This document shows positions 58,165 through 64,000 of a stretch of 64,000 nucleotides of DNA, one piece after another; the first letter of the stretch is position 1; the number at the start of each line of letters is the position of its first letter. Under the pieces are notes generated by a model. That model was not told where the DNA came from and did not search any database. It saw only the letters and a list, made by a program, of their open reading frames with translations. The DNA comes from Deltaproteobacteria bacterium. Lineage in GTDB: Bacteria > Myxococcota_A > UBA9160 > SMWR01. The DNA lies in contig JAQBGU010000084.1 of assembly GCA_032128375.1 (NCBI GenBank), positions 1 to 64,000 of the forward strand, written 5' to 3'. The position numbers and the translations under genes were made by a program.

Positions 58165-59712
58165 ATGAGACGCATGCAGAAGATGATGGAAATTCCGGGT
58201 CATTCAACGAACCGTTCAACGAGCAGTCTGAAATCAGCGCCCGCACACGCGAGCGGTCCCTATGTCTGGGCGATTGCAGGCGGCAAGGGCGGCGTCGGCA
58301 AGTCCGTCATTTCCTCGAGCATCGCGATCTCGATGGCCCGAAATGGCGACCGGACGGTGATAGTCGATGCGGACCTCGGCTGCGCGAACTTGCACACGAT
58401 CCTCGGTGTCCCCCGTCCGGAGCGGACCCTCGCGCAATTTCTGAACAACGAGTACGCGGAACTGACCGAGGTGATGTGCCCCGGACCGGTCCCGAACCTG
58501 TACTTGATTGGCGGCGCGCAGGCGCCTTACGAAATGGCGAATCCCAAGCATTCGCGGATGCGCAAGCTGCTGCGCCACATCCGTCGGCTCCCCTTTGACC
58601 ACGTGCTTCTCGACCTCGGTGCAGGCAGCGCGTTCAACGTTCTGGACTTCTTCCTTTCCGCCCACCGCGGAATCCTGGTGGTGGTCCCAGAGCCAACCTC
58701 CATCGAGAACGCTTACGATTTCATCAGGGCCGTGTTCTTCCGGGGGCTGCGCAAGGCCGCGAAGGACCCGCAGGTGCGCGCGGCTGTCGACCACGCGCAG
58801 AGTCAGCAGGTGGGTGACAGCATGGATTCGCCCCGCCACCTCATGGACGCGATCCGGAAGATCGACGATTTCGCCGCGACGCGCATCCAGGAACAGGCCA
58901 AAGCGTTCTCCCCGATGATCGTCGTCAATCAGGCCGGCACGCTAGAGCACCGCCTGATGGGCCGCGACATCGTCACCGCCTGCCGCGAATACCTCGGCAC
59001 CGAACTCGAGTTCGTGGGCGCGCTCGAGCGCGACGAGTGCGTGCGGGTAGCGGTGAGCAAGAGCAAGCCGGTGGTCGAACTCTTTCCGGGATGCGATTTC
59101 GCGCGCGATCTCCGCGTCGTGGTCGACCGCCTCAGCAAGGATCGGGTCATCGACTCGCGAAACCACGACGAGCGCGACACTTTGATCCACACAGGACACG
59201 TCACCCATGATCGGGAGCGGTTGGCCGTTCGCGGCCTGGCGCTAGACGAGGCGGGTTGTGAGGAGAAGATCGGCATACCCTACACCGCAACAGAGACGCA
59301 AGCCGAGTGCGCGGTGGAGGTGCTGCGGCGCATTCCAGAGCCCGAGGAATCTCAAATTCCCCTCCCGCCGATCGACCTCGACGCCCCCGGCGCGACGCTT
59401 CGGATCTGGCGGGAGCACCTGGGCTTGACGTTCGAGGAGCTCGTTCGCGATACGCGGATTCGGTGCCTCCAGAGCATCGAAAGCGAGTCCTTCGACAGTG
59501 TCCCTCCGGAGCCATACATCCGCGGCTTCGTAACGGACTACGCGCGTGTGCTGGGGCTGACGAATCCCGCCGCGATCGCCGCGGCCTTCGTGTGCCGTTA
59601 CCGGTTGGCCGCGGCGGGAGCCCGGCCGCCCGAAGGCGCCCCGTCGCGCGGAACCAAGCCGCCGCTTCTCGGAGCTCGTGTCCATCGGCGAAGCTACGAG
59701 TCTGCGCGGTAG
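58165..59712 (+). CDS. FlhG/MinD-family ATPase with C-terminal RodZ-like HTH
   Basis: GGKGGVGKS, DADLGCANLH, PEPTSIENAY; C-terminal PGATLRIWRE..YIRGFVTDYARVLGL. Confidence 0.85.
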   Translation: MRRMQKMMEIPGHSTNRSTSSLKSAPAHASGPYVWAIAGGKGGVGKSVISSSIAISMARNGDRTVIVDADLGCANLHTILGVPRPERTLAQFLNNEYAELTEVMCPGPVPNLYLIGGAQAPYEMANPKHSRMRKLLRHIRRLPFDHVLLDLGAGSAFNVLDFFLSAHRGILVVVPEPTSIENAYDFIRAVFFRGLRKAAKDPQVRAAVDHAQSQQVGDSMDSPRHLMDAIRKIDDFAATRIQEQAKAFSPMIVVNQAGTLEHRLMGRDIVTACREYLGTELEFVGALERDECVRVAVSKSKPVVELFPGCDFARDLRVVVDRLSKDRVIDSRNHDERDTLIHTGHVTHDRERLAVRGLALDEAGCEEKIGIPYTATETQAECAVEVLRRIPEPEESQIPLPPIDLDAPGATLRIWREHLGLTFEELVRDTRIRCLQSIESESFDSVPPEPYIRGFVTDYARVLGLTNPAAIAAAFVCRYRLAAAGARPPEGAPSRGTKPPLLGARVHRRSYESAR

Positions 59713-59874
59713 AGCGCCAGCTCTAGCGTACAAGCGACGACGGTGAAGAATTCTATGAATTCGCCCCAGGTCGGACCGGCAATCCAGGCGGCCCCGTCAG
59801 CCGACACAGGTCCCAGCTGGGGCGTTCGATGTGGCGCCGGCCGGCCTCAACTTCGATAACGCGTTCTTGGCGAG

Positions 59875-62800
59875 CTACTCGCGCATTTCGCGGACCAAGC
59901 GAAGGGCCAGAAAAGCCACGATCGCGACCGAACCAAGCAACACGGCCCAGAGTATCAGGGTTCGGATGGGGTAACCCGATTCCGGCTCGAGCGCGGCGGC
60001 GCCCCTCAGCGCGACTCGCGGTCCGAGCACCGCAGTTGGGGAAATCGATTCTGCGCCCCCCGCAACGCGTCGGCTGATCGCCATCAGCTTTGGGGCTTCG
60101 AAGCGCGCGGCCGGTGCGCCCAGTTTTCCGTAGACCAACGTATGCGGGCCCCCGCCTTGATCGATGAAGTAGAGCTGCTCGGGAGGCCACGCGACCCGCA
60201 GCGTGGGCGCGTGCTTCCACGCGTCCCCGCCCTTCGAAGCGACGTCGATACGAATGAATCTCGCCGGGCCTGAGGTCAACTCGATGGGCTCGTTGTGGCT
60301 TTCCTGGTCGTCCGTCACGCCGAGGCGGTAGATGATCCCGCGGTGAATCTGCCGCCACGGCCCCTCCGCCTGGTCGGCCCGATAAACCTCGGCGGAGACG
60401 AGCGCGCGGCCACCAGCGAGATCGACCTGGATCTGATCGATCGGCGGCCAACCGCCCAGATCGTACCGATACGAGCCTGAGTCGATCGAATCTCCCTCGA
60501 TGGCCGCTTCCAGACGCTTCACCGTCCGTTCGGGTGCACGTTGGACCGCCCTCACACCGAGGATCGTGGGCGCCTTCTCATTCGCCGGCCAGCTGATTCG
60601 CAGGTACTTCGCGCGACTTCGGCGAAATTCTACGCGGCGCCGTTCAATTTGATCCGTTGCGCCGGCCAACTGCGCAACGACGGCGGCGGCCGTTAGTTCC
60701 CTGTACGCCACAAAATCGCCGGTTGCCTCGACTCGCAGTGGGACCAGGAAGTCCTCGCTCTGGGGTGCAAGGTCGAGTTCGAGTCCGGCCACTTCTCCGT
60801 GCAGGCTCGAGGCATCGATGATATAGGCCCGTGGGCTCACAGCGTCTGATGGATTCGACGCGTCAGGCTCCAGCGCAAGGGTGGCTCGCTCCCCATCGAT
60901 GTCTACGTCGACGCGATACCTCCCGCCGCGCACAAGGATCTCACTCGGGGATTTGCCGTCCGGAAGTCGAAACAGAGGCAAAGAGGTCAACGTCGACACT
61001 GTGCTTTTCGGTACGACCTGTGCGGCGATGGCGTGAGGCACCGCCACTCCCGCGGCGTCGAAAACGCGGAGATCGGCGAGCCCCGGCTCCACGCTGTCGC
61101 GATAAATTTCGTATGGGAGTTCGACCCCTTGAATGACTCGGCGGCTCGTGGTTTCGATCGCACGACTCCACGCGAAATCATCTTTCGACAGGGGTGCCGC
61201 GCTTTGGGCAGACGCGGGGCGTGTACTGATTGTGGCGAAGCATACGATGATCCAGATCAACGATGTGCGGGTTGCCTGGCCAGGCGCCCCGGCCTCCGAT
61301 GATCGCCCCCCGGCGTCGCCCGCTTCAGCAGCCTCTTCCGGTGGAACCGGCGACAGATATCCAACGATCAACAGCAACACGCCGACGACCAAGAAGGTGC
61401 CGATCTTTGCAGGAGTGGTGAGTTGGGAAAGATCGACCACGAAAAGCTTGATTACGGTGATTGCCAATAGCCCAGCGAACGCCATCCACGGCTTGCGAAG
61501 CCGCTGACGCGTCGAGAACCACATCCCGGCGACCCCAACGAGCGTCCACGCGATCGACAAACATACTTGCAAGGAAATCGAGTCCCACAATGCATCCGGA
61601 CGATGCGCGACCCCGGTCCATTGGACGACGCTGCGAGTGAGTACCGCGTTCATCCAGCAGAAGGCCAAGACCACTGCGACCAGTCGCATGGCCGGTTTAC
61701 TCGCCTCGAGTGCTTCCGCCGATTCCATCGAAGCAAGCCGAAGCGCCCAGACGCCGGCTGATACCGCGATCAAGGTGATCGTGAGATCGATCGGATTGAG
61801 AAGTGGAAGATAGGCAAGCGGCGCGAAGGCGCCGTCGGCTGCGAAGTTCGTCCCGAACACCCACAACAAACCAACGATCAATATCGGTCCGACACCGAAA
61901 GTGAAATGGATCCGCGCGAATCGACCGAATGCCCCGAGTTCCCGCCGAATCAGGTGTAGAGCCGCCGCGGAAACGCCGCCCAAGCCAATGCCGATGCCGG
62001 CGAGCCCCCAGTCGGGACCGAGTGCCAGAGATCGGTCGGCTAAACCGTACAAAGCGAACCCGACGAACAAGCTCGAGAGCCACAGCCATGGTGCGTACGC
62101 ATACGAGGTCGATGCATACGCCGAATCTTCGAGCTGATGGATGACCCAGTAGATGGCAGCCAGACACAGCGGCCAAGCCACGAACCCGCCTGCGGCCAGC
62201 AAACTCGGTTGGCTCTCGAGTGCTTGTGCCAGCGCCCAGGCCGCCAATGGAATCGACAACAAGCCCATCGTCCGCCCTGACTCCCACGAGACCCGCTGGG
62301 CCCCCCAATGCAGGAGTGCCGTGCTCGCGCCGAGCAGCCCAATTTCGCAGGCCATCGTGAAACGGTCCGGAAGGAACTGTTCGAATTCGTGAACCGCCCC
62401 CCAGCCCCACCAGGCCAATCCCCAAACGCCAGCGGCCTGTGCGATCGCCCAGAACCAGATGCCCTGGTCGTCGCGTACGCGATCTGCTTCCCGCGCGATC
62501 GTGAGGCCGGCGAATGTGAGCGCCAGCGCCGACAGGAAGCGGCTGTTGGCGAGCCATTGGGTAGGTGCTTCGTAACTGCTGATCAGCCAAATGGCGAACG
62601 CGACCGCGGCCAGCGGCTGAAGGGCGAGACCCGTGACACGCGCGAGCCGACGAGATTGGCGTACGCCGATCCAATGCACGCCGGCGCCTTCGAGTGCCCA
62701 AACGATCGCGGTCGTCGGGGAGTCTTCGAAGGCGAACGGAACGGCCATCGTGGCGAGCCCGACGGCGAGCGCAATGAACGCTTCGGAGAGTTGGCGAAGC

Positions 62801-64000
62801 GTCTCGGGCGCAGTCCTCCACAACCAGACTGCGATGCCGGCATATACAAGAGCCATCCCCGCGGTCGCGATCGCCAGCGCTAGTTCGACTGCTTTGAGCA
62901 GCGATGCCAACGCGAGTAGCGAAACCAGCGGGGTCCCGAAGACGAGCGTCGCGTCGACGATTCCCTTCAGGTTGGGCGGCTGGCGCCATGCGAAGAGCAA
63001 CGCTTCGCCGGTAAAGAGAAACAGAAAGGCAAAAACGAACGGCATGGTACTCGCCAGCTGCTCAGGCTGATAGGAAAGGACCCCCCAGGCGGTTGCGACC
63101 CCGTAGGTACACACGAATGCGAGCAAGTTGAGCACACGCCAGCTGCGCATGAACGCGATAGAGGCGATGGAGAGGTTGAGAACCAGGTAATAGCTGAACA
63201 GCGCGACATGGTTGCCCGAACCTGTCGATGCCAGGACCGGGGCGAGAAAACCACCGAGGCTCGCGATCACGATCAATGGCAACGCACGCTGCAAGACCGC
63301 CAACATTCCAGCCGCAGCAGCGATCACCGCGAACAGCACGAACGCCAAGCCAACCGGCACCAAGTCAAAGATCCGAAACGCCATGAACGCAACCAGGTAA
63401 AGCGCTGCGAGACCGCCCCCTTGGAGCGTCGTCCCAAAGCTCGGTCGCGCCGTTCGAAGTCGAAACCCCACGCCGACGAGACCGACCCCAATCAACGCCG
63501 CGCTGGCAAGGCGCGCCTCGATCGGAAACAGCGAATGTTCGGCCGCCCATCGCGCAAGCAATGTGATGCCCACCAACAACACGAGCACCCCGGCGCGCAC
63601 AACGGTGTTGCCCCCGAAAAGCCAGGCGCGAACCGCGTTGATGCCGCGAGCGAATGCGTTGGGTGTTGGCGGGGAAGGCGGCCGGCGAGGAAATGGTGGC
63701 GCCATTGGAGGAAGGCTCGGCACTTGTGCGCGCGGCGCGACCTCGGGAAAATCGGCTGGGGTGGCATCTGCGAAAGGAGAGGGTGCCACGGCCGGCGGCG
63801 ACGTCGATGGAACGCCTCCGGTCGTCTGTTGCTCCCGCTGCGCAGGCGGCACTCGCGACGCGTCCTCGATCGTCCGCTCTAGCCTATCGACTCGGGTCAG
63901 CATTTCCGCGTGCGAACGGAACAGCGAAGTGCTGCGCGCCCGTTCCCTACGTAGCAGCGCAAAGACGACACCGAGCCCCAGACCCAGCCCCGCGGCTGCC
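59875..64000 (-). CDS. DUF2339 membrane protein fused to a DUF3999 domain; 5-prime end lies beyond the window
   Basis: WLFGGNTVVRAG, LASTGSGNHVALFSYY, KLFVVDLS (DUF2339); then DLRVFDAAG..VP and a C-terminal TM LWAVLL (DUF3999); the frame stays open to 64000. Confidence 0.82.
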   Translation of the reverse strand, partial: AAAGLGLGLGVVFALLRRERARSTSLFRSHAEMLTRVDRLERTIEDASRVPPAQREQQTTGGVPSTSPPAVAPSPFADATPADFPEVAPRAQVPSLPPMAPPFPRRPPSPPTPNAFARGINAVRAWLFGGNTVVRAGVLVLLVGITLLARWAAEHSLFPIEARLASAALIGVGLVGVGFRLRTARPSFGTTLQGGGLAALYLVAFMAFRIFDLVPVGLAFVLFAVIAAAAGMLAVLQRALPLIVIASLGGFLAPVLASTGSGNHVALFSYYLVLNLSIASIAFMRSWRVLNLLAFVCTYGVATAWGVLSYQPEQLASTMPFVFAFLFLFTGEALLFAWRQPPNLKGIVDATLVFGTPLVSLLALASLLKAVELALAIATAGMALVYAGIAVWLWRTAPETLRQLSEAFIALAVGLATMAVPFAFEDSPTTAIVWALEGAGVHWIGVRQSRRLARVTGLALQPLAAVAFAIWLISSYEAPTQWLANSRFLSALALTFAGLTIAREADRVRDDQGIWFWAIAQAAGVWGLAWWGWGAVHEFEQFLPDRFTMACEIGLLGASTALLHWGAQRVSWESGRTMGLLSIPLAAWALAQALESQPSLLAAGGFVAWPLCLAAIYWVIHQLEDSAYASTSYAYAPWLWLSSLFVGFALYGLADRSLALGPDWGLAGIGIGLGGVSAAALHLIRRELGAFGRFARIHFTFGVGPILIVGLLWVFGTNFAADGAFAPLAYLPLLNPIDLTITLIAVSAGVWALRLASMESAEALEASKPAMRLVAVVLAFCWMNAVLTRSVVQWTGVAHRPDALWDSISLQVCLSIAWTLVGVAGMWFSTRQRLRKPWMAFAGLLAITVIKLFVVDLSQLTTPAKIGTFLVVGVLLLIVGYLSPVPPEEAAEAGDAGGRSSEAGAPGQATRTSLIWIIVCFATISTRPASAQSAAPLSKDDFAWSRAIETTSRRVIQGVELPYEIYRDSVEPGLADLRVFDAAGVAVPHAIAAQVVPKSTVSTLTSLPLFRLPDGKSPSEILVRGGRYRVDVDIDGERATLALEPDASNPSDAVSPRAYIIDASSLHGEVAGLELDLAPQSEDFLVPLRVEATGDFVAYRELTAAAVVAQLAGATDQIERRRVEFRRSRAKYLRISWPANEKAPTILGVRAVQRAPERTVKRLEAAIEGDSIDSGSYRYDLGGWPPIDQIQVDLAGGRALVSAEVYRADQAEGPWRQIHRGIIYRLGVTDDQESHNEPIELTSGPARFIRIDVASKGGDAWKHAPTLRVAWPPEQLYFIDQGGGPHTLVYGKLGAPAARFEAPKLMAISRRVAGGAESISPTAVLGPRVALRGAAALEPESGYPIRTLILWAVLLGSVAIVAFLALRLVREMRE

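Overview
GC-rich bacterial chromosomal segment. The gene repertoire (Tad pilus, FlhG-HTH fusion, sigma54 promoters, SCP2/NTF2/P450 lipid genes) suggests a Myxococcota/deltaproteobacterium-like organism, which is an inference. It holds a TetR-controlled oxygenase/epoxide-hydrolase cluster, a dispersed mutagenesis set (dnaE2, dinB, imuB-imuA), a tungstate ABC transporter (tupABC), a complete divergent Tad/Flp pilus locus, housekeeping genes (purN, metF, pepN, cca, ispZ) and a DUF2339-DUF3999 fusion. No rRNA, tRNA, CRISPR array or intact mobile element was seen. The most notable signals are non-coding. (1) dnaE2 and imuA, 24 kb apart, share a position-for-position upstream cassette (TTGnCn-17 bp-GAAAGT-6 bp-GTG) carrying a CGAAA-N6-CGAAA direct repeat, a candidate DNA-damage operator/promoter giving leaderless mRNAs. 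dinB is preceded by a 5x11-bp array with the same CGAA periodicity. (2) A 32-bp promoter/operator is duplicated between the TetR locus and an SCP2/AttH-like locus 10 kb away. (3) There is a REP-like hairpin in three copies, several short tandem arrays and many deletion-scarred gene remnants, including a eukaryote-type NTAQ1 N-terminal glutamine amidase fragment. All protein calls come from motif recognition by eye, and start sites are estimates.
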